Under the pieces are notes generated by a model that was not told where the DNA came from, ran no database searches, and saw nothing but the letters and a program-made list of their open reading frames with translations. Shown here in pieces: positions 19,530 through 27,934 of a stretch of DNA of 64,000 nt. The translations under genes were made by a program, and so were the position numbers. The stretch is from contig DISH01000006.1 in NCBI GenBank assembly GCA_002421665.1, forward strand, positions 153,784 to 217,783, written 5' to 3'. Every line of letters begins with the position of its first letter. Position 1 is the first letter of the stretch. The stretch comes from Candidatus Omnitrophica bacterium UBA6215. GTDB lineage: Bacteria > Omnitrophota > Gorgyraeia > Pluralincolimonadales > Pluralincolimonadaceae.

Positions 19530-20095
19530 CCATGAAGGCTCCAAGCACGCGAAGACATGGTTTAAGCCTCGTAGAGGTTATGATAACGGTCGCTATAATA
19601 TCCGTTATAGGCGGCGCTTTGGCCTATTTCCTGATCATAGGCTCTTCATCCTGGCGAAGCGGCGATGCCGAAATCCAGGCAAACCAGGAAGCCAGGATCG
19701 GAATGATGACCATGATAAAGGAGATAAGGCAGGCCAAGGACGGAAATATTAAAACGATGTCCGGGACATTGTACGCCGACAATACGGCCTATGACAATAT
19801 AATGTTCGTGATCAGTTCGGATACGGATGGTGACGGCGATACGATAGATACGACCGGGGCGCTCGAATGGTCGGCGCCGATATCGTATTACCTTTCCGGG
19901 ACACAGCTGGTAAGGCAGTCCGAAAGCAGCATAAAAATAGTGGCAAATCACGTTACGGCCCTACAGTTCGTGATAGTCGTGGACACCCTTAAAGGGACCC
20001 GGGTACTAAACGTTACCATCCAGACCGTAAAGAAAAGCGCCGACGGCCGGCAGATGACGTCAACCCTTACCAGCAGCGTAAACATGAGGAACTAA
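19526..20095 (+). CDS. Minor pilin, PilW/GspJ-like
   Basis: RRHGLSLVEVMITVAIISVIGG. Overlaps its neighbours by 4 nt. Confidence 0.65.
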   Translation: MTMKAPSTRRHGLSLVEVMITVAIISVIGGALAYFLIIGSSSWRSGDAEIQANQEARIGMMTMIKEIRQAKDGNIKTMSGTLYADNTAYDNIMFVISSDTDGDGDTIDTTGALEWSAPISYYLSGTQLVRQSESSIKIVANHVTALQFVIVVDTLKGTRVLNVTIQTVKKSADGRQMTSTLTSSVNMRN

Positions 20096-20099
20096 AAAG

Positions 20100-21371
20100 A
20101 TGAAAAACAGAAAAGGTTTCATGCTGATATTCTCTTACGCTGTGGTCAGTGTCATAGTTATTCTGGTAGCAGCCTATGTGGCGCGCAGCATAAATGAGAT
20201 AAGGATGGCCCAGCGCGAGAAGAATTCCGCAGCGGCGCTTTATGCGGCGGAAGCGGGCATAGATTACGCTTTCGACTGGCTTAAATCTCAGGGTACTCCC
20301 CCGTCGGGAACCTCATCTTTCAGCGTGACCGGCGGCCCGTCCCTCACTACGGGGACCTATTCGGTGGTCATCGATCCCAACGACTCAAATCCTACGTCAT
20401 ATTCCAAGAGATATAACATAATAGCGACGGGCCAGTGCGGGGACTCCGTCCGGACGGTGAACCTGGAAGTAACCCAGGATAACTTTTCCAGACACGTATG
20501 GTTTACGGATTCCGAGACCTATGACGGGGCATCGGTATGGTTCGTTACCAATGACAGCCTTAACGGGCCTGTCCATACCAACGGTAGATTCAACATTTCC
20601 GGAGATCCGTGGTTCGGGGACGTTACGAGCGAGAGCGGTTCCTCGATCAATTATATGCACGGAGGTCCGCCCAATGACAACCCCACTTTCGAGGAAGGAA
20701 TAGACTTCAACGTGGAATCCAGCGAAATGCCGACAAGGGCAACCAGCCTCAGGAACGCCGCGTCAAGCGGGGGGATGAGGCTTTACGGGCAGACCACGAT
20801 AGTACTTAACTCGAACGGAACGATGAATGTTACAAATTTCAACGCCGGGTACAATAACACCAATATGGCCCTCCCGGCGAACGGAGCTATATTCGTCGAG
20901 AACAGGATAGTCAACAGGAGGCTTGTGGAATACGGAAATGTTACCGTAAGCGGGACCCTTGACGGAAGGCTTTCGATAGGCGCCAACAATAATATTAATA
21001 TCGGAGGCAATATTACTTACAGCGATGCCTCCGGCGACGATATGCTCGGCCTGATAGCCGAACAGGACCTGGTCATCCTTCAGAGTTCCTGTCCTACCAA
21101 CGGGAACCTTACCATACAAGCCAGCATGATGGCAATGTCGGATGCCTTCTATCTCGATAACTGGACTTCATCCATGAAGGGAACATTGAATGTCCTGGGA
21201 GGTATAATCCAGAAAGAGCGCGGTCCGGTCGGTACCTTCAACACCTACACAAACTCCAAGGCAAGCGGCTTTACGAAGAACTACGTATACGATGAGAGGC
21301 TGAGAACGACTCCTCCTCCTTTCTTCCCAACAACCGAAGACTTTATACCGGTATCCTGGAGGGAACAATGA
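20100..21371 (+). CDS. PilX-like large minor pilin with beta-helix-like C-terminal domain
   Basis: PilX_N-like start KGFMLIFSYAVVSVIVILVAAYVARSINEIRMAQREKNSAAALYAAEAG. C-terminal 250 aa are rich in N-x-T/G repeat strands (NVTNFNAGYNNTN...GANNNINIGGNITYSD). Confidence 0.65.
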   Translation: MKNRKGFMLIFSYAVVSVIVILVAAYVARSINEIRMAQREKNSAAALYAAEAGIDYAFDWLKSQGTPPSGTSSFSVTGGPSLTTGTYSVVIDPNDSNPTSYSKRYNIIATGQCGDSVRTVNLEVTQDNFSRHVWFTDSETYDGASVWFVTNDSLNGPVHTNGRFNISGDPWFGDVTSESGSSINYMHGGPPNDNPTFEEGIDFNVESSEMPTRATSLRNAASSGGMRLYGQTTIVLNSNGTMNVTNFNAGYNNTNMALPANGAIFVENRIVNRRLVEYGNVTVSGTLDGRLSIGANNNINIGGNITYSDASGDDMLGLIAEQDLVILQSSCPTNGNLTIQASMMAMSDAFYLDNWTSSMKGTLNVLGGIIQKERGPVGTFNTYTNSKASGFTKNYVYDERLRTTPPPFFPTTEDFIPVSWREQ

Positions 21372-21754
21372 CAAAGAACCAAATAATAATAGCCGGAGCC
21401 TTATTTATACTGATCGTGCTAATCGCCGCGCCTTTATGGAAATCCGGGAAGGAACCGGTCATTCCCCAGGCAAACCCTGAGGTCCGGGAAACCGTACCGC
21501 AGGCAGGGATCTTCGAATTGCCACCCTCCGGCGGGAACAATACGGAAGGGCCCGTAATGACAACAACGGTGACAACTGCCGTAAACGCCGACCAGCCGCG
21601 TAAAAAAGCTCCCAATAAGGCAAGACATATTGAGGAAGAACCGCAGGACAAGGGTTACGATTCAATAGACCCGGGCCTCGTGCCTAACCCGCCTAAATCA
21701 CCTTCGCCCGAGATAATAAGGAATATGCAAAAGAAGGGTATAGTACTCTACTAA
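21368..21754 (+). CDS. Hypothetical membrane-anchored Pro-rich protein, last gene of minor-pilin operon
   Basis: N-terminal TM helix (IIIAGALFILIVLIAAPLW), then a Pro/Thr-rich low-complexity region. Overlaps the PilX-like gene by 4 nt. Confidence 0.45.
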   Translation: MTKNQIIIAGALFILIVLIAAPLWKSGKEPVIPQANPEVRETVPQAGIFELPPSGGNNTEGPVMTTTVTTAVNADQPRKKAPNKARHIEEEPQDKGYDSIDPGLVPNPPKSPSPEIIRNMQKKGIVLY

Positions 21755-21767
21755 ACTACGCAGCCGC

Positions 21768-22208
21768 TTATTCTATTGGATTGCCGGACGCGTCATCGAC
21801 CCTTATCACGCCTGATTCGTCCACAAAGAATACCCTCACGCCCGTTATATTGGGAGTTACAGGCGCAGCCGTGCACGTATACTGGTTAGCGCTGACCAAA
21901 GCATAGGTAAACGTATAACCCTGTTTCGTGCCGCTCCCGAGCGTGGAATCTATGTAAGGAGGGTTATCGCTGCTTAATGTCACCAGGTCCGGCGGATATG
22001 TAGAAGGGTTCTGCATGGCGCGGTAACTTTCACATGCCGTGCTGATAGTTCTCATGGATGCTATGGCCGAAGATTCATTCGCGTTAGCGCGCGCCCTTAT
22101 AAAACCAGGTATGGCTATAACGGCCATGATGGTAATGATCGAGACGACTATCATTATCTCTACCAGAGTAAAACCTCTCCTTGCAGAAAACTCGGGCTTC
22201 ATAGGCAA
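21768..22208 (-). CDS. Type IV pilin paralog B (prepilin)
   Basis: RRGFTLVEIMIVVSIITIMAVIAIP. Probable ATG start at 22202 (MKPEF...). C-terminal TKQGYTFTYALVSANQYTCTAAPVT is shared with paralog C. Confidence 0.8.
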   Translation of the reverse strand: MPMKPEFSARRGFTLVEIMIVVSIITIMAVIAIPGFIRARANANESSAIASMRTISTACESYRAMQNPSTYPPDLVTLSSDNPPYIDSTLGSGTKQGYTFTYALVSANQYTCTAAPVTPNITGVRVFFVDESGVIRVDDASGNPIE

Positions 22209-22243
22209 TTAGTTTATATCCGTGCCGATAAAATGTCAATAAG

Positions 22244-22281
22244 CGAAAAAGAAAGAGCGGGAATCAACTTCCCGCTCTTTC
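22244..22281 (-). terminator. Rho-independent terminator after pilin paralog C
   Basis: Stem aaagagcgggaa / ttcccgctcttt with a 5-nt loop. Followed on the minus strand by cuuuuucgcuu. Confidence 0.6.
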
Positions 22282-22306
22282 CATTAAACCTTTTTACGCC
22301 CGAATA

Positions 22307-22738
22307 TTATTCGATCGGGTTACCTGCGGCGTTGTTAAGCCTTAAAACGCCCGATTCATCGACGAAGAACGTCCTCGAACCGGTGACGTTCGCCGTTACA
22401 GGCGCAGCCGTGCACGTATACTGGTTAGCGCTGACCAAAGCATAGGTAAACGTATAACCCTGTTTCGTGCCACCCGCCAAAGTCGCATCGATGTACGGGG
22501 GAGTAGCTGATCCCAAAACCGCCAAGTTGGCCGGATACGTTACCGGGCTCTGTGCAGCTCTGAAGCTTTCGCAAGCCGTGCTGATTGTACGAAGCGAGGC
22601 TATGGCAGCCGCTTCGTTAGCGTTGAGCCTTGCGCGTAGTAAGTTGGGTATCGCTATCGCCGCTAATAGAGCTATAATTGCGACTACGATCATGATTTCA
22701 ACGAGCGTAAAACCCTTCCTTCTTACTAATCTACTCAT
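22307..22738 (-). CDS. Type IV pilin paralog C (prepilin), probable major pilin
   Basis: Leader MSRLVRRKG | FTLVEIMIVVAIIALLAAIAIP. Strong SD (aaggagggg). Own promoter and own terminator. Confidence 0.8.
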   Translation of the reverse strand: MSRLVRRKGFTLVEIMIVVAIIALLAAIAIPNLLRARLNANEAAAIASLRTISTACESFRAAQSPVTYPANLAVLGSATPPYIDATLAGGTKQGYTFTYALVSANQYTCTAAPVTANVTGSRTFFVDESGVLRLNNAAGNPIE

Positions 22739-22790
22739 CTCCGTTCCCCTCCTTTCGTCCTTGTCAGGACTATTGTTATCCGTTGTTTAC

Positions 22791-22818
22791 AGTATAACAT
22801 AAAAGACACTTGTGTCAA
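22791..22818 (-). promoter_or_regulatory. Sigma70 promoter for pilin paralog C
   Basis: TTGACA (overlapping the pilC stop), 16 nt, TATACT. A ~50-nt leader follows, with an SD. Confidence 0.5.
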
Positions 22819-22823
22819 GAACT

Positions 22824-24035
22824 CTATTTAGCGACCACCTGGATCAGTTTAACTATGGGCAGGAACATAGATACTACTATACCCCCGACAACTATACCGA
22901 GAAAAGCGATTATAAGCGGCTCGATAAGGCTTGTCAGCCCGGAGACCGCGGCGTCAACTTCGCTCTCGTAGAAGTCCGCGATCTTACTGAGCATCTCCTC
23001 GAGCTTACCGGTCTGCTCTCCCACCGATATCATCCTTGTCACCATGGGCGGGAATACCTTGCTTGCCGCCAGAGGCTGTGCTATGGATTCGCCCTCTTTA
23101 ATGCTCAATTTCGTTTGTATGACGGCCATCTCTATGACCTTGTTTCCGGACGTCTTGCCGACTATCTCCAGTGCGGTCAGTATGGACACACCGCTTTTTT
23201 GGAGCGTGGAAAGCGTCCTGGCAAACCTCGCGACCGCCACTTTCCGCAACAACGGCCCGATCACGGGGATCTTGAGCAGCAACCTGTCCCAGGCCAACGC
23301 ACCCTTCTCTGTCTTTATCAATTTAGAAAGAATGAATATAAATGCGCCGAGAGCGATGATCACGATCAGTATCCATTTCCTTAAAATGTCGGATATGGCT
23401 ATAAGTATAAGTGTCGGCACGGGAAGGGAAACGCCTATCGTAGAGAATATGTTCTTGAACGTCGGCACCACAAAGATTATCAGGAACATCGTGATCGCTA
23501 TGGCCATGAATATTACTACCGCCGGGTATATCAGGCTGGATTTCACCTTCCTGACAAGCGCAATGGTCTTCTCCATGTATATAGCGACCCTGTCGAGTAT
23601 CTCATCAAGGTCGCCGCTTGATTCTCCGGCGCGGACCATATTGATGAAGAACGGCGAAAATACGTTCGGCTGCTTGCTTAAAGATTCCGAAAGGCTCAAG
23701 CCCCCTTCCACGTTGTCCCGGACTTTCCTGACTATATTCTTGAAGCCCGCCCTCTCCATCTGGTCCTGCAGTGCGTCGAGCGCGCCTACAAGGGGAATGC
23801 CCGCGTCAACCATGGTGGCGAGCTGCCTCGAGAAGATGACGAGGTCCTCCGGCGATGCCTTGTCACCCCCTATCGACATCGAGGCCTTCGCCTTCTCCCT
23901 GACTTCCTCAATAGAGATGATGGTAAGTTCTTTCTGCCTAAGGACATCGACAAGGGACGCGCTGTTAGCCGAATCCATAACGCCGCTAACGGCTTTGCCG
24001 TCCTTGTCCCTGGCAGTGTACCTGAAATTGGGCAA
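22824..24035 (-). CDS. pilC: Type IV pilus platform protein PilC (GspF family)
   Basis: 403 aa. Two T2SSF repeats and three TM segments. NFRYTARDKDGK start is typical. Confidence 0.85.
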   Translation of the reverse strand: MPNFRYTARDKDGKAVSGVMDSANSASLVDVLRQKELTIISIEEVREKAKASMSIGGDKASPEDLVIFSRQLATMVDAGIPLVGALDALQDQMERAGFKNIVRKVRDNVEGGLSLSESLSKQPNVFSPFFINMVRAGESSGDLDEILDRVAIYMEKTIALVRKVKSSLIYPAVVIFMAIAITMFLIIFVVPTFKNIFSTIGVSLPVPTLILIAISDILRKWILIVIIALGAFIFILSKLIKTEKGALAWDRLLLKIPVIGPLLRKVAVARFARTLSTLQKSGVSILTALEIVGKTSGNKVIEMAVIQTKLSIKEGESIAQPLAASKVFPPMVTRMISVGEQTGKLEEMLSKIADFYESEVDAAVSGLTSLIEPLIIAFLGIVVGGIVVSMFLPIVKLIQVVAK

Positions 24036-24036
24036 T

Positions 24037-25749
24037 TTATTCCTCCGAGGTAACCCTCAAGACTTCTTCAACGGTAGTATTCCCCAGGGCAAGGTTCTCA
24101 AGCGCCGCAGCCCTGAGCGTAAGCATCCCTTTCTCTTTTACGGCATAATCTTTTATCTTATCGCTGTGCACCCTGTCAAGTATCATCTCTTTTATCTTAT
24201 CATCTATTATAAGGTTTTCCAGGATGGCGAACCTGCCGAAGTACCCGGTCTTGTTGCATTTGGCGCAGCCTTTCCCCTGATAGAATACGGCTTTGCCCTT
24301 TTCGGTATAGCCTATCCTGTCTAAAACCTCCTTCTTTATCTCCACCGCTTCCTTGCAATTCGGGCAGACACGTCGCATAAGCCTTTGCGCGCAGATAAAG
24401 ACCACGCTGGAAGCGACAAGGAACGGTTCGACACCCATATCTATAAGCCTGGTTATAGCGCTGGAGGCATCGTTGGTGTGGAGAGTGGACAATAGCAGCT
24501 GTCCGGTCAACGAAGCTTTTATGGCGATATCCGCCGTTTCGAAGTCGCGGATCTCGCCTACCATCACTATGTCCGGCGCCTGGCGCAGGAATGCGCGAAG
24601 GCCGTTCGCAAATGTCAGCCCTATCTCGGGTTTGACCTGTACCTGGGTTATGCCCATCAGCTCATATTCTATCGGGTCCTCTATCGTCACTATGTTCTTT
24701 TCGGGCGTATTCAGTATATTGAGTATGGAATAAAGCGTGGTAGATTTACCGCTTCCCGTAGGACCGGTGACAAGGAACATTCCGTAAGGTTTGGATATGG
24801 CCTCCTTGAGCTCCTCAAGAGTCTTAGGCAAAAAACCCAATTTCTCGGGCGAGACCTTTATGCTTTGTTTATCGAGGACTCGGCATACGACCTTTTCCCC
24901 GTGGACCAACGGAAGCGTCGAGACGCGGAAATCTATCTCTCTTTCATCCATCCTTACCTTGAACCTGCCGTCCTGAGGCAGGCGCCATTCCGTGATGTCC
25001 ATGTCAGACATGATCTTGAGCCTGGTCAATACCGCCGCCTGGTTCGACTTAGGAAGATGCGAGAACTCGGTAAGCGCACCGTCTATCCTGTAGCGTATGC
25101 GCATGTCTTTCTCGAGGGGTTCTACATGTATATCGGAAGCCCTCCTCTTGAGCGCCTCGCTGACAATGACATCGACCATCTTCAGTATAGGCGCTTTCTG
25201 GCTTTCAATGGCAAGCTCAGATACGTCGAACCTCTCCTCGTCCTCGCTGACGGACATGACCTCGACGTCCTCTGAACCGACATCCTGGATGATCTTGTTT
25301 ATCGAAAGGGTCTCTTCCCCGTAATAGGCGGATATGGCATCCCTTATGTCCTTGTCCGTGGCAAGGACAGGGTCTATCTCATATTTAGTCAATATCTTAA
25401 GGTCATCCAGCGCGAATATATCCAGCGGGTCCGACATGGCAACGGTCATCCTGCTGCCTATCTTGGATACGGGTATTACATGATAAAGCCGGGTTATCTT
25501 TTCAGGGACAAGGGATATTATCTCCTTGTCTATCTTGTACTTTGACAGGTTTATCGGGGTTATGCCGAGTTCCTGGCTGAATATGGAAAGCAGCTCGTTC
25601 TCGTTGGCCAGGCCTTTCTCCACGAGTATCTTAGTAAGGCTGCCTCCCTTTTCGTGCTGGGTCTTTATGGCCTCGTCGAGCTTCTCCTTGGTAACGACGC
25701 CTTTGTTCACCAGGACCTCCGCTATCTTATCCCTAAGGCTTTTTGCCAT
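24037..25749 (-). CDS. pilB: Type IV pilus extension ATPase PilB/MshE-type, paralog 1, with N-terminal MshEN (c-di-GMP-binding) motifs
   Basis: 570 aa. Tandem MshEN motifs KIAEVLVNKGVVTKEKLDEAIKTQ, spacer HEKGG, SLTKILVEKGLANENELLSIFSQ. Walker A GPTGSGKSTT. Tetracysteine CPNCK...CAKC. Confidence 0.85.
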   Translation of the reverse strand: MAKSLRDKIAEVLVNKGVVTKEKLDEAIKTQHEKGGSLTKILVEKGLANENELLSIFSQELGITPINLSKYKIDKEIISLVPEKITRLYHVIPVSKIGSRMTVAMSDPLDIFALDDLKILTKYEIDPVLATDKDIRDAISAYYGEETLSINKIIQDVGSEDVEVMSVSEDEERFDVSELAIESQKAPILKMVDVIVSEALKRRASDIHVEPLEKDMRIRYRIDGALTEFSHLPKSNQAAVLTRLKIMSDMDITEWRLPQDGRFKVRMDEREIDFRVSTLPLVHGEKVVCRVLDKQSIKVSPEKLGFLPKTLEELKEAISKPYGMFLVTGPTGSGKSTTLYSILNILNTPEKNIVTIEDPIEYELMGITQVQVKPEIGLTFANGLRAFLRQAPDIVMVGEIRDFETADIAIKASLTGQLLLSTLHTNDASSAITRLIDMGVEPFLVASSVVFICAQRLMRRVCPNCKEAVEIKKEVLDRIGYTEKGKAVFYQGKGCAKCNKTGYFGRFAILENLIIDDKIKEMILDRVHSDKIKDYAVKEKGMLTLRAAALENLALGNTTVEEVLRVTSEE

Positions 25750-25753
25750 GGCC

Positions 25754-27463
25754 TTATTCCTGTTCTCCCAGCGTAACGCGAAGGATCTCTTCCAATGTCG
25801 TGATGCCCTCGAAGACCTTTCTCAATCCTGACTCCCTCAAAGTGACAAGTCCCGCCCTCCTGGCCGCTTCATATATCTGGTTCTCGTGGGCTCTCTTCGC
25901 TACAAGTTCCCTCAGCTCCGCGTTCATCGCGACGGCTTCGATGAGCCCTATCCTGCCCCTGAAACCGGTTTTAAAACAGTAGTCGCATCCTTTGCCTTTA
26001 TAGAATTTTGCATCGACCCCTGCGGGTATCTTTATCTTCAACTTTTCAAGCATGGACTTGTGTATCTCCTGCGGCTCCTTGCAGCGCGGACATACCCTCC
26101 TCACGAGCCGCTGCGCGGCGACAAGCGCAACAGATGAGCTGATAAGAAAAGGCTCGACCCCCATATTGACCAGTCTCATTATGACCCCGGTAGCAGTATT
26201 GGTATGCAAAGTGCTCAGGACCAGATGGCCCGTAAGGGCGGCCTTTATGGCTATATCAACGGTCTCGAGATCCCTTATCTCCCCTACCATTATTATGTTA
26301 GGGTCCTGCCTGAGTATCGAACGCAGGCAGGCCGCGTACGTAAGACCTATCTCGGTATTTATATTGACCTGGTTTATCCCCGGCAAAAGATACTCTACCG
26401 GGTCCTCAACCGTAACAAAATTCTTTTCGGGTACATCTATGCTTTTTAGTATGGAGTAAAGCGTTGTCGTCTTGCCCGAACCGGCCGGGCCGCAGACAAG
26501 TATCATGCCATGCGGCCTCTTCGAGGCCTTCTTCAACTCCTCGAGGGGCTCCTTTTCGAACCCGAGTTTTTCTATATCGAGCATAGCCTGGGATTTATCG
26601 AGGATCCTGAGAGCGACCTTCTCGCCGAAAGCTGTAGGTACGGTCGACACCCTGAAGTCCACCTCCCTGTCCTGCACCCTTATCTTGAACCTTCCGTCCT
26701 GGGGAAGGCGGCGCTCTGCTATATTAAGATTGGACATTACTTTTATCCTGGATATCATCGCCGACTGTATGGAGCGCGGCAATGACTGCGCCTCCCTGAA
26801 GATCCCGTCAACCTTATACCTTATCCTCAGGCGGTCTTCCATCGGTTCGATAAGTATGTCGCTCGCGCGCGATTTGGTTGCATCAAGGACGACTGCCGAC
26901 GTCAGCTTGACCACGGGAGTGTCTATGGCCGCATCCTTAAGGTCATATGGACTCTCGTCATCCTTCCTCATGGATATGAGCTCTATATTCGTCTCTTTGA
27001 CCAGGTCCTCGATGGCAGACGTCGCCTGGCTTCCATAATGCTGTTCGATAGCCGCCTTTATATCGTCTGAGGTCGTTATGATAGGGCTTATATCCATGCC
27101 GGTCACGGTCTTTATATCATCCAACGCGAAGACGTTAAGCGGATCCGACATCGCAACCGTCAGGATATTACCCATCTTGGAAACGGGTATTATCTGGTAA
27201 TTAACGGCTATCTTCTTGGGAATGAATTTGGATATTTCGGGATCTATCTTGAATTTTGAAAGGGATATGGGGGGTATCCCAAGCTCCTGGCTTAGTATCG
27301 CCAGGAGGTCCCGCTGGTTTATCGCGCCCTGGGAGACCAGAATATCCCCCAGAGAACCGCCTTTTTCCTTTTGCACCTGGAGGGCCTGGTTAAGCTTATC
27401 TTCGGATATTATGCCCTTCTTTATAAGTATCTCGCTTAGCCGTTCCTTTATACCAGATGGCAT
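25754..27463 (-). CDS. PilB/MshE-type ATPase paralog 2 with N-terminal MshEN motifs
   Basis: 569 aa. ERLSEILIKKGIISEDKLNQALQVQ, spacer KEKGG, SLGDILVSQGAINQRDLLAILSQ. Walker A GPAGSGKTTT. CPRCK...CDYC. Confidence 0.85.
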   Translation of the reverse strand: MPSGIKERLSEILIKKGIISEDKLNQALQVQKEKGGSLGDILVSQGAINQRDLLAILSQELGIPPISLSKFKIDPEISKFIPKKIAVNYQIIPVSKMGNILTVAMSDPLNVFALDDIKTVTGMDISPIITTSDDIKAAIEQHYGSQATSAIEDLVKETNIELISMRKDDESPYDLKDAAIDTPVVKLTSAVVLDATKSRASDILIEPMEDRLRIRYKVDGIFREAQSLPRSIQSAMISRIKVMSNLNIAERRLPQDGRFKIRVQDREVDFRVSTVPTAFGEKVALRILDKSQAMLDIEKLGFEKEPLEELKKASKRPHGMILVCGPAGSGKTTTLYSILKSIDVPEKNFVTVEDPVEYLLPGINQVNINTEIGLTYAACLRSILRQDPNIIMVGEIRDLETVDIAIKAALTGHLVLSTLHTNTATGVIMRLVNMGVEPFLISSSVALVAAQRLVRRVCPRCKEPQEIHKSMLEKLKIKIPAGVDAKFYKGKGCDYCFKTGFRGRIGLIEAVAMNAELRELVAKRAHENQIYEAARRAGLVTLRESGLRKVFEGITTLEEILRVTLGEQE

Positions 27464-27478
27464 AAGCCCCGGGCGCTC

Positions 27479-27925
27479 CTATTTTTTGTAGAATTTATCT
27501 ATAGATTGCTTTATATCCGTTGCGGTAGATACGAATATCTGGATAGAACAGTTCGTAACCAGTTCTATATCCTCTATAGCCTGGGTGTTGAGCGGATCGG
27601 CCATGGCTATTGTTACGGTATTGCCTATTTTGTCGATGGGTATCAGGCAATATTGGCGGGCAACGTTCTCCGGGACCATCTTTATGGCTGCTTCATCCAT
27701 GTCATAATTGGACAGAGGCAGGTACGGAAAACCGTACTGGACGGTGATGGCCTGGGCGATCTGCTCTTCGGTAACATAACCTAATCCGGCGAGTATCTGC
27801 CCGAGCAGTCCTCCCTTCTCTTTCTGGACCTTTAGGGCCTCATCCAGCTGGACCTGTTTTATAACCCCTTTTTCGAGGAGCAGCTGCCCTATTGTCTTCG
27901 TTATAACGCGTCTGGCTGAGCTCAT
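27479..27925 (-). CDS. Stand-alone MshEN + GSPII (T2SSE_N) domain protein with no ATPase domain; putative c-di-GMP receptor/adaptor
   Basis: 148 aa. TIGQLLLEKGVIKQVQLDEALKVQ, spacer KEKGG, LLGQILAGLGYVTEEQIAQAITVQ. Continues with a GSPII-like fold that aligns to the PilB paralog-2 N-terminus. Confidence 0.7.
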   Translation of the reverse strand: MSSARRVITKTIGQLLLEKGVIKQVQLDEALKVQKEKGGLLGQILAGLGYVTEEQIAQAITVQYGFPYLPLSNYDMDEAAIKMVPENVARQYCLIPIDKIGNTVTIAMADPLNTQAIEDIELVTNCSIQIFVSTATDIKQSIDKFYKK

Positions 27926-27934
27926 CTTCCCCTG

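Noticed and set aside
23044-24324. 426-aa plus-strand ORF
   Set aside because: It lies entirely antisense to pilC and pilB1, which have unambiguous homology. It has no start context and is low-complexity Ser/Thr/Ala-rich. This is the typical antisense shadow ORF of a GC-biased coding region.
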